From the NCBI GenBank assembly GCA_951406725.2, contig OX597840.1:36952001-37016000 (forward strand): a stretch of 64,000 nt of DNA, written 5' to 3'. Positions 53,135 to 64,000 of this stretch are shown piece by piece; positions within the stretch are counted from its first letter, which is position 1, and each line of letters begins with the position of its first letter. A program made the position numbers and the translations under genes. The notes beneath the pieces were generated by a model. The model saw nothing but the letters and a program-made list of their open reading frames with translations. It was not told where the DNA came from and searched no databases. This DNA comes from Octopus vulgaris (lineage: Eukaryota).

Positions 53135-53550
53135 AGCGAGCTGGCGGAAACATCAGCAGACCGGGCGAAATGCTTTGTGGTATTTCGTCCGCTGTTAGGT
53201 TCTGAGTTCAAGTCCCGCCGAGGTCGACTTTGCCTTTCATCCTTTCGGGGTCGATTAAATAAGTACCAGTTACACACTGGGGTCGATACAATCGACTTAA
53301 TACCTATGTCTGTCCTTGTTTGTCCCCTCTGTGTTTAGCCCCTTGTGGGTAGTAAATAAATAGGTATTTCGTCTGCGGTTACGTTCTGAGTTCAAATTCC
53401 GCCGCGGTCGACGTTGCCTTTCATCCTTTCAGAGTCGATAAATTAAGTACCAGTTACGCACTGGGGTGGATGTAATCGACTCAATCCGTTTGTCTGTCCT
53501 TGTTTGTCCCCTCTATGTGTAGCCCCTTGTGGGCAGTAAAGAAATAAGAA
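53135..53550 (+). mobile_element. SINE family C dimer (head plus two units, Tx1-like tail)
   Basis: ggtatttcgtc...gccccttgtggg.agtaaa.aaata repeated twice. Confidence 0.9.
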
Positions 53551-53744
53551 TCGTTATTGTGCTCTGCGAAATGCTTAGCGGCATTTTGTCCATCAGTACA
53601 CTCTTTCAACATGTTGTTGATAAAATAAGTACCATTGAAGCAATGGGGGTCGATGCACGGGCGCGAAAGCTACGTAAACGGTGGATTTTAACGGGTGGAG
53701 AGCTGAACCATCCTGGGGTACAGAGGATAAGCAATCTAGAAGGT

Positions 53745-53858
53745 GGAGCTTAGGTGTTTTTGCTCAATAAGCACTCACAATACCCAGTCTGGGAATCGAA
53801 ACCGCGTTCTTATCACCACGAGTCCGCTGCCCTAACCACTGGTCCATTGCACCTCCAC
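53745..53858 (-). mobile_element. SINE family B head fragment
   Basis: ggtgttttt...gtctgggaatcgaaaccgcg...gagtccgctgccctaaccactgg. Confidence 0.8.
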
Positions 53859-54199
53859 TAGATAGTGGTATAATCGATAGAATGAGAAGAAGACTGCAAT
53901 TTCTCCCTGCATATGTTCGGCTGTTATTTACTTGGTCGTTAGGAGTTCGATTCTAGCTGAGGCTTATTCCATGATTTTCTTTTCAAGAGTTTTCCTAGAA
54001 AGAGAAACCAAATTTCACTGAAATCATATTCTATCTTCTATTTAATAAAATTTTCTTAAAAATAATGAAAACGCCAGTTTAAACAATGTGATCCCTGATA
54101 AAGGAATGATAACGAGTGGAAGTTTTCATTAGGGCACTTCTAGGCAATTTGGTCCCAGTTTTAACCGACAGGGGGAGCAGGTGGATCTGAAATCCATAA

Positions 54200-54351
54200 A
54201 TGGTTTTGTGATAAGAAGCTAACTTCGCAACGACGTGGTTCTAGTTTCAGTTCCACTGCGTGGCGCTTAGGACACGGTTCCTTTGCTATATAGCCTCGGG
54301 TCGACCAAACCTTGTGAGAGGATTTGGTAGACGGAAACTAAAAGAAGCCCG

Positions 54352-54401
<50 letters not shown>

Positions 54402-54612
54402 GTGTGTGTGTGTGTGTGTATGTGTGTTTGTCCCCTCATCACCGCTTCACAACCGGTGTTGTTGTGTTTACGTCCCAGTATCTGCAAAAGAGACCGATAG
54501 AATAAGTGCTAAGCTTAAGAAATATGTTCTAGAGTCGATTTCTTCGACTACAAAACCTTCAAAGCGGGACTCCAGCATGGCCGCAGTCAAATGACTGAAA
54601 CAAGTAAAAGAA
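54200..54612 (+). mobile_element. SINE family A, diverged
   Basis: ggatttggtagacggaaact...ccagcatggccgcagtcaaatgactgaaacaagtaaaag. Confidence 0.88.
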
Positions 54613-55194
54613 CAACAGAACATTAAATATGTATTTATAACCTCACACACACAGACACACAGACATTCTCTCTCTCTCACTTTTTTTCTCTCTCTCTCTC
54701 TCTAACTGTCTTTTTCTCTCTCTCTCTCTCTCTCTAACTGTTTCTTTCTCTCTCTCACATTCTATTTGGATACTCACTCTTACAAGTGTAGTGTTTTATT
54801 GATCTTTGAAACCACGAGAGGAACTCTAATGAATTCGAAACGGAAGGATACAGCATTGGTCCCGTTAAGTGCCAATATCTAAATAAACATTTTCATCCTC
54901 TTGTGTAAGCTTTACCGAGAACCGTCTCGCTACCTGTTGATTGATACGGTTCTTAATCAATGAGTGAGGTTACGTGTATCTGGATATCTATGACAGCGTG
55001 TGTGTGTGTGAGTGTGTGTGAGTGTGTGCAAGCCTGCGAGTATAAATGCATGGAGGGAGGACAGTGTCTAGATGTGAATTCATCTGTGAATTTAGGACGA
55101 ATGGGAATATACTGAGTTTCTATCTTCCGAGATTAATTCTCGTTACTTCAAGCTGTCAGCATTCAATTTTTCGGTTCTCATATACATATATTAT

Positions 55195-55392
55195 TTTGCT
55201 TGTTTCAGTTATTTGACTGCGGCCATGCTGGAGCATCGCCTTTTAGTCGAGCAAATCGACCCCAGGAATTATTCTTTGTAAGCCCAGTACTTATTCTATC
55301 GGTCTCTTTTGCCGAACCGCTAAGTGACGGGGACGTAAACACAACAGCATCGGTTGTCAAGCAATGCTAGGGGGAGAAACACAGACACACAA

Positions 55393-55464
<72 letters not shown>

Positions 55465-55626
55465 GTCGGGTTTCTTTCAGTTTCCGTCTACCAAATCAAC
55501 TCACAAGGCATTGGTCGGCCCGGGGCTATAGCAGAAGACACCTGCCCAAGATGCCACGCAGTGGGACTGAACTCGGAACCATGTGGTTGGTAAGCAAGCT
55601 ACTTACCACACAGCCACTCCTACGCC
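55195..55626 (-). mobile_element. SINE family A, full length
   Basis: Reverse-complement match to 2398-2800. Confidence 0.92.
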
Positions 55627-56221
55627 TATATTTATATATATATATTTATACTGAGGTCAAGTTGGGTGTAAAGTTGAGATATTTCCAGAGAACCACTCGA
55701 CCTGAATACCGAGCTCTCTTCCAGGTCAAAACCGGAATTCTTCAGGTGAAGAAAATCCAAATCTCAAAACGATTATACTATCAAATGGATTTGGCGAAGA
55801 GTATTGGTATTTATACACACACACACACACCTACACACACACACCACACACATAAGTCAGCTGTTTGCTTGAAAGAAGAGTTAAGCCCCTCCAAAACTAC
55901 GCATCTCTCACTATGTATAAATACACACGGAAATTATAGCAAATATATCACTCCGAAACTGTCCTCTCCCTAGCGAAATACAAATGAGAGCATAACACAT
56001 CCAAATGTCAATTGATTTCGCCTTCTGTGTCGAACCAACATTTAATGCTCATCAGCTGGGCTTCCTGAGTAAACTATATCAAAAAATCTATTTACCTTCC
56101 CGTGAACGCTGTTCAGCTGAAAGCCCCGCCACTTCCAAACGAACATTAGTGAGCAAGTATAAATTTTAAATTCAAATAGGTTATCATTACACTGGTCAAC
56201 AAAATTAAATGTATTATATAT

Positions 56222-56626
56222 ATCTTTACTACCCACAAGGGGCTAAACACAGAGAGGAGACAAACAAGGACAGACAAACGGAATAAGTCGATTACATCGA
56301 CCCCAGTGCGTAACTGATACTTAATTTAGCGATCCCGAAAGGATGAAAGGTAAAGTCGACCTCGGCGGAATATGAACTCAGAACGTATCGGCAGACGAAA
56401 TACCTATTTCTTTACTACCCACAAGGGGCTAAACACAGAGAGGACAAACAAGGATAGACAAAGAGATTAAGTCGATTATATCGACCCCAGTGCGTAACTG
56501 GTACTTAATTTATCGACCCCGAAAAGATGAAAAGTAAAGTCGACCTCGGCGGAATTTGAACTCAGAACATAACGGCAGACGAAATACGGCTACGCATTTC
56601 GCCCGGCGTGCTAACGATTCTGCCAT
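56222..56626 (-). mobile_element. SINE family C dimer
   Basis: tctttactacccacaaggggctaaacacagag at ~56224 and ~56409; single head at the right end. Confidence 0.9.
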
Positions 56627-57027
56627 CTATTATACTCATTATGAATGCAAACCGACTTTTTGAGACTCATTTTCCATGCTGATTTCAAAATTTCACTCCA
56701 TTTGTATGCAGCACGATCGACGTTCCCTGGTGATATTTACTCCGCATAACGTTACGCAGACACTCCCTGATATTTCTTACTGTTGCAATTTAACGTTCCA
56801 GGGATTTGCCCGTTGTAAACATGTAACAAACTACACTATTGTCCGCACAAACTGTTCACCAATTGTTCACACGACTGTTCACCAATTGTTCACGCGACTG
56901 TTCATCAATTGTGATATAAACAACGATGAACAACAGCCACAACTGTGGCTATAATTCTTCAAATTTATTTGACTGCGAAGCATCAATAACGCGAGGAAGT
57001 AAAAGACATAAAAAATAAAAACAAAAC

Positions 57028-57070
<43 letters not shown>

Positions 57071-57942
57071 GTAATAATAATAATAATAATGATAATAATA
57101 ATAATGATAATAATGGTATCCAAGAAAGTGGAAATCATAATAAAATAAAGTTGCAAATTGTAGCATAAATATCAGTAGAATTGACATTTTTAATCTTCAT
57201 TATCAGAACGTTTTCTTTTGTCTGTGTGTCCTTGGTTTTGCTGTTGATGTTGCTGTTGTTGTAGCTGTTAGTTTTACTGTTTTCATTGTTGTCCTTGTTG
57301 TTCTTGTTCTTCTTGTCACTGGAATTATATTGGTATCATTTTCATCGTTGTTTTTGTTTCTGCACTCGAAGCAGTTGTTGTTATCGTTTTTGTTGTTGTT
57401 GCTGCTAATGCAGCCGCCATTGTTTTATGTTATTCTTCTTGTTGTTGTTGCACTCGAAGATGCTTCATTTGTTGTTGTTGTTGATGCTGTTTAGCTTTGT
57501 TTTGTTTTCTTTTTTTTTTTTTTTTGCAAAGATTTTCTCGATAAAGTAGGCAAGTTTGTTCAGGAGGTTGGTTATAACTTGACTAACTCTCAGTGTTTTT
57601 CTTTCTAATGAGATTTCTACACGAGATAAATAATAACACAAAACTCCACTGGATGTCAAGTCAAATTTGGAAAGTTTGTTAAACACTTTTTAAAGGTTTC
57701 GAATTCAAAACAAAACGAGGAAACAATGTGAAAACAAACACAAAAGAACCCACCTGCCTACCATTCCGCCACATTCGTCATAACAGCAACAGGAAAAAAG
57801 TTACTGTGCAACTTTTACTTTCTTATATTTTTTAAAATTCTATGGAACAGTATTCGACACATTTTATTTTTGTATTCCTCTGAGAATTTTTGGCGTGTTT
57901 CTATTCGCTTTTATTTGTATCAGAAAATATTTGTTTCCAAGA

Positions 57943-58130
57943 AGGCGCCGACATGGCGAGATGGTTAAGACTCTCGTTTTGCAAACATGAAATTTCGATT
58001 GAGTCCCACTCACTGCGTGATACATTGTACAAATGTCTTCGAGTCTAACTCTGGTCTTGCCAATAAGTTTTGAGTGAAGTTGGCAGGCAGGAAGCTGTGC
58101 GAAAGACTGCCGTATATTTGTATGCGTGCA
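57943..58130 (+). mobile_element. Old SINE family A-related 5' half
   Basis: aggcgccgacatggcgagatggttaag...aatgtcttc...ttgagtgaagttggcaggcaggaagctg. Confidence 0.6.
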
Positions 58131-58655
58131 TATATATAAACACACATACACACAGACACACACTCACATACACACGCACACCGAGTGAAGAATTTTTAAT
58201 AGGAAGTTTTTTTTATATCTTTATCTAACATGTATCATTCATATTAGCAAATGAAACATATGTAATGGCGAATAAATAATACCAAAACATGCTCCAACCT
58301 CTTGCTTTATAACACACACACACACACACACACATTTTGTGAGAGCTCGTTGCCTAGTTTATTGGGTGCTGCACTAAAAACTGCAGGGATAGTGGTGGCT
58401 TTAATTTCCGTCCGAGGTAAGTTGGTTTCTCGAACAAAGCCCTTCATTTCAGGTTTCTATGCGATCTTTTCGACATATGACGCCTGGCACACTTGTGCAC
58501 TTGTAAAGGCTACATCGATTTGATGGCGGGACTGAGCTAATATACAACGCAAGCATTTGGTCCCTTTTACCACATCTACTGTGCAGGTTCTTCAGACAGT
58601 AATTGCCGGTAGTAATTGCAGAAGAACTACCTGTTGTTTACTACAAAGGAATATA

Positions 58656-58698
<43 letters not shown>

Positions 58699-58701
<3 letters not shown>

Positions 58702-59005
58702 GTGATCACGTGACCGACAAGGCTATCAGATGATGTTACACATCGCTGGTCACAATGCGCTTCGCATTGTTTTAGCCTTCAAATGACGCCACCCCGCTGG
58801 CTAAGCAAGCAGACCAAGAGAAGAATGTGTGAGAGAAAGTTCTGGCGAAAGAGTTCAGCAGGGATCGCCACCACCCGCTGCCGGAGCCTCGTGGAGCTTT
58901 TAGGTATTTTCGTTCAATAAACACACACAATGCCCGGTCTGGGAATCGAAACCGCGATCCTTACGACCGCGAGTCCGCTGCCCTAACCACTAGGCCATTG
59001 CGCCT

Positions 59006-59007
<2 letters not shown>
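58699..59007 (-). mobile_element. SINE family B, tail type 3, inserted in (TA)n
   Basis: Same head as 9474-9857 but an unrelated 3' part ending ggtcacgtgatcacctga. Confidence 0.88.
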
Positions 59008-59057
<50 letters not shown>

Positions 59058-59109
59058 TAGACTACTGGTTTTAAATTGATATTAAAATTAATATTAATTT
59101 ATCTCCCTC

Positions 59110-59151
<42 letters not shown>

Positions 59152-59394
59152 CACATCTACACACAGTTACACACAGAACGATTCTGCCAGTAGGATTCTG
59201 CTTGCGTTTTTATAGCTATTCTTTTTGTTGTTGTTGTTTGTTATTGTTTGTTGCAATCCTCTTTAAAGCTCCAGTTAACGTTCATCTCCTGAACACAAAC
59301 ATCCAACACAATAAACGCATTCGCTTTTGGATCAGGCATTGTGTATCTTGGGCTACGTTATTTAATGTATCGATTCTTATTTGTTAGAAGCAGG

Positions 59395-60065
59395 GTCGTT
59401 TGTAGCGGTGACGTCAGTGGTACCTGTGCTTGTAGCGGGGCTGGTAATACTAGTGGTGTGTATCGGTAATGGTTTCGGTTGTAGTGTTAGAGCTGGTAGC
59501 AGTAGTATTGATAATTATAGTGTTGGTTGTAGTTGAAGTGGATTTAATAGTATTGCTGAGCTGTAATAATGGAGTTGTTAGACCGCAGTGGTGGTCTTGT
59601 TTGGAAGTACTGACGGTGTTAGTAATAATGGGTGTGTTCTTGGAAGGGGATGGTGATATTAGCGATGGTATTGTTCATTGTGGTGGTTGTTGTAGCATAT
59701 GTAGCAGTAGTTGTGGTATTAGCAGTAAGTACTGTTATTGGTTTTGTTTAGGACAGGGTTGTGAGTGGTGACGTTGGAGGGAGTTGTAGTATTTCGTTGC
59801 ATTACTTCAGTGTGTTAAAAGTGGTGAAGGTGGTGGTAGTAGTAGTGGTAGTGGTGTTGGTGGATGTGGAGGTGGTGGTGCTGTAGGTGTCGTTGGTGGT
59901 GATGCTTGTGCAAGTGATGGTAATAGTAATGGTGGTGGTAGTGGCGGGTTGATGGTGGCATGGTGGTGGTGGTGACGGCGGTGCAGTTTGTGGCAGTGTT
60001 GGTAGTGGCGAGGTGGTAGTAGAGGTAGATATAGTACAAATAGTAATTGTAGCAGCAGTAGCATT
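59395..60065. repeat. Degenerate GGT/GTA triplet low-complexity tract
   Basis: Directly visible. Confidence 0.85.
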
Positions 60066-60948
60066 CATATAATTCGATCGTTCGGAGAAACCAATTGAAT
60101 TGATGTCAAAAGGTCAAGGTGGGTTTGTGATAAATTGAAGATACAGAACGATGCTTTTCAATAAAGACACACAGACACACACACATAAGCACATACACAC
60201 ATATACGCACACACATAACAACACACACACACACATTACGCGCACATGCACACACACACACACATATATATATATACGTATTTACGAATCTATACATCTA
60301 CAAATATACATACATGTGCACACAATTACACATGTGTATACATGGAGGCACATACAAATATGTGTGTATACATATACAAAAATATACACACACGTATACT
60401 GATACACACATACATATATATAATTATACATATAGAAATATACATACGCATCTATATACACCTATACAAATGCACAAAGTTACACATCGAACTATATACG
60501 CATAGTTATGCTTGTATATACACACACACGTATACCATCATATCTACACAATATCGAAGACTACAGACACAAACACTTGAACACACGTATACAGATGGAA
60601 TGCGTTGTATTATCTGCGATGAGACATTGTTAATGAATAAAGGTCTCCCTCATTTGTTCATTCCTTTATTCCTGCATTCTCTTATTCAGTTATCCATTGA
60701 TGGAATAGTCAGTTGATATCACTTCAGCACAGCTAACAATCCGCCATATCAAAACTAAATTCATCGATGCAGTATGCTTGGCCAAGCGATTATGTAAAAC
60801 ATCTTCAGGAACAGGCAATATGGCCTCCTGCTATTCTACGTTGCCGATACACTGAACTATAATGAATCACACATAATATACACAAACAGCTTCGGTTAGT
60901 GTGTGCTTAAGGAATAAACACACAACAATGCTTGCTTTCATGGCCAAG

Positions 60949-60987
<39 letters not shown>

Positions 60988-61169
60988 CATGAACATTAAG
61001 TAGAAAAAGGTCATAGACTGGTTTTGGTAAAGTACATCTTTATTAATTTCCAGAAAGAAGTGTTGGATAATGATTTATATGTTTCGGGTCGCAAGTCCTC
61101 ATCAGGTAGCTTATAAAACGAAACTTTGAAATGACTTTTACATCTTATCTTCTAAAACGTTATATATGT

Positions 61170-61352
61170 ATCGCCATGATAGATCGGTAGCCACTACACA
61201 CATTTTTTTCTCTCCTTGTTTCTTTTTGTGTTCCTTTCTGTGGAAGAGCGTAGGCTCGAAACGTAAAAGACTTTTTCACTTCCCGAGTGTTATACTAATA
61301 CATCTGTTTGTTTTCTACACCACCAGTCTTCGTCTTTTGATTTTTTCGTGAA
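61170..61352 (+). mobile_element. PLE-type short repeat (family D) with hammerhead-like motif
   Basis: Inverse copy at 62868-63052; related pieces at ~41273-41375 and ~42705-42760; all lie next to (TA)n. Confidence 0.7.
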
Positions 61353-61412
61353 TTCTCCCCGCCCACTATATATATATATATATGCATACAGACACACATA
61401 CATGTACATGTC

Positions 61413-61453
<41 letters not shown>

Positions 61454-61599
61454 GAATCTATGTATGAGTGGGGGGGGATATGTACGTGCACATACATGCA
61501 ACTGTGTAAATCCATGTAAAACCAGTGTAAATCCATGTGCCCATCCAGCCATCATCTCTGCATATTATTTGTGGGAAGGTCATGGAAGTAGTGTCTCCA

Positions 61600-62330
61600 G
61601 GCACCTCCTTCATATTTTCCTAATAGAAGCAAACGGTCATTACACTTTCGGACAGGAATCTCAAGTGTGACCAACCAGGACAATGGATATAAACCGACCA
61701 TCACATTCTTGATCATTTTCTAGGTCTGCATTTGGTTGACTTGACAAGAAGTATCAGTTTCGGCAATTGATTCCTGCAGGATTCTAAATACATCTCCGTT
61801 GTACCGGAGCTGTGTCCTTTCAATGCAAAGAAGTAGGAACTCGAGACTTTAAGAGACTCCCCAATTTTGGAATTACACATCTTCTTAAGTAACGTTACTC
61901 CAGAGATTCTTCGGAAGAATTCATTTCTTTCGCTTATTATCATACGCTGATGACCGTAGTTCAGGAGAGGCACTTAAATCGGTGACAGTAGGATTGGTCG
62001 GTTGATATTTTCATACGTCGTGATGGCACTTAGCAGCATACACCGTATGGGTTTGGTGCCGAGTGCTGCAATAAAGCGATGGGAATTAGTTTTGTGAAGA
62101 CTGAGACATTTGTCCTTTCAAGAAAGTATTCCGAATATTCTCTGCATGTCAACGGAACATCACTGAGAAAAGAGGACGAATTTAAGAATTTCAGAGTGGC
62201 ATTCACAAGTGAGAGACAACGGAAAGCTGAACTGGATGCTAGGATTACAAGTACTGGCACAGTAATAACCCAACTTCTGCATTCAATTTCTCAGAAGAGG
62301 AGAGCTTGGTAAAGATGCCAAACACGCCTC
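61600..62330. mobile_element. RTE-clade LINE fragment with inverted 5' part
   Basis: Minus 61600-61987: VPLLNYGHQ..EFFRRISGVTLL..NSKIGESL..RPR. Plus 61989-62330: GAEC..MGISFVKTE..VNGTSL..FK..VAFTS..ELDARI..KRELGKDAK. Confidence 0.8.
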
Positions 62331-62867
62331 CAAGTTCTCTCTATTCCAAACTTTATTCAGATAACATTGGTGAAATTGGTGCTACAAGAGAAGTAATTTG
62401 CTCTCTGTGCCACGCTGTAACATCGAACTCAGCACCACAAGCTTTTAAAGCAGAGTCATTAACTACAGAGCTATCTGTAATCCAAAGCGATTTAAAAATA
62501 GATGGGAGAACATACTCGATTCGCACACTCAGATTGTTGGCGATATTTCGTTGTCCAAGCTTTAGGAAACATATCTAATCACACAGAGCCACGCCATTAG
62601 ACAAACATGAATATGTGTATAATACACGATTAAAACCGATATATCAGCGATATAGATAATTTGTTATGAAAACGAAGTAAGATGTATTGTTACCGTACTG
62701 CATGTCTCGGGTAATTCATTTATCATATGTAAACAATATTTCTAAATAGATACTCCAAATATTTCAGTTGATACACAAATGCTTGTGTATGCGTATTTGT
62801 ATCCCTGAGTGTATATATATGTGTGTGTGTGTGTGTATATACGTATATACACACACATATTTATATT

Positions 62868-63052
62868 TGGTGAGAATTTACTAAAGACGAAGACGAGTGT
62901 GTAAACAACAAACAGATATATTAGTTTAACGCTAGAGAAGTGAGAAAGTCTTTTATATTTCGAGCCTACGCTCTTCGACAGAAAGGAACACAGGAAGAAA
63001 CAGGGAGAGAAAATAAAAAAAAAGGTTTAGTGGCTAGCGATCTATCATGGCG
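62868..63052 (-). mobile_element. PLE-type short repeat (family D)
   Basis: Reverse complement of 61170-61352. Confidence 0.7.
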
Positions 63053-63069
63053 AATGTGTGTGTATGTGC

Positions 63070-63108
<39 letters not shown>

Positions 63109-64000
63109 CTGGCATGCAGACAAATATATATGTAAGCATATATATATATATATATATACACATACATACATACATACAAGTAGTAAACATAATGTATAAT
63201 TTCATAACTTAGAAACTGCTAAAAGGTAACCCAAATATATGTGAGTATATTTACACACATACATATACACGCATACCATATACACACGCATATATGTACA
63301 TACACGCGTGCCTATACATATGAACATATATCATAAGCGTATATAAATTTATATTTCACACACACACAAACTCGGCCTCACAAACGTTCCTTTATATTAA
63401 ACACTGCCAATCGAGAGTCATTGAAATGTGGAGAAATTTGTTTGCCTCGGGGCATTATCATGAGATTAATTGAATTTTCTAGTCAAAACGAGAACGTTAA
63501 ATGCTAGTTTATAGAATTAAAGGTACCGTTAACCTATAGAACGAAGGTGAGGAAATGGAAGAATGTAGAATTCCTAGTGCTCTTTCAAGATCATGTTTCC
63601 CTTAATTTCCGAACCTTGGCAAACTTGCAAACACTAACTGCAATTATCCGAAAAGGATGAAGCAATGCCAGAAAGAAATAAAAGAATATTTATCAAAAGC
63701 TATCCCTTCAATGAAACACATTAGACAATATTCTAAAGCTCGCTCAACCTTATCTTTGAGTGTTGTGAGTTTTTGTGGAAGTCTGTCTTTGTATGCTCGT
63801 CCATTTCTGTGTGTGGAACCGTCACAGAAATTTTGCTGTTGGCTGATTAAATATTGTAGTAATAAAAACCTTCATAATGTCGAATTTAGAAGAGAAATTA
63901 TGTATATGTGCGTCCACGTGTGTATGTACGTTTAACTTGCAATGCGTTCGTACGTGTGTCCTTGTGTGCTTTTGTATACGTATACACACACACACACATA

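Noticed and set aside
55054-55071. Antisense similarity to miR-1994
   Set aside because: Only ~10 nt match from memory, seed mismatched, no hairpin.
59395-60068. Gly-rich or Thr/His-rich protein
   Set aside because: Degenerate triplet repeat with stops and no splice context.

Overview
AT-rich, microsatellite-saturated eukaryotic DNA with no intact protein-coding gene; it looks like a very long intron or a gene desert. The tRNA-derived SINE families and the repeat spectrum match what I recall for Octopus (inference, no database search). Almost all of the supplied ORFs are translations of (TA)n/(CA)n/(CT)n tracts or of SINEs. Recognisable content: three SINE families (A, B, C; about 25 copies); decayed non-LTR retrotransposons (R4/Dong, CR1, Tx1/L1, RTE); Penelope-like element (PLE) remnants with minimal hammerhead-ribozyme motifs; a Tc1/mariner transposase remnant; and several MITEs. 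Best leads: (1) a minus-strand recursive-splice-site architecture at 46705-46738, plus a candidate 12-nt microexon at 32376-32387; (2) SINE-C shares its 3' tail with a Tx1-clade LINE in the window and forms precise head-less tandem multimers; (3) hammerhead motifs, including variant cores and a fold-back palindrome centred on ribozyme stem II; (4) a 5'-inverted, twin-priming-like RTE insertion; (5) a concentric inverted SINE arrangement that could form long dsRNA. Boundaries of decayed elements are approximate.
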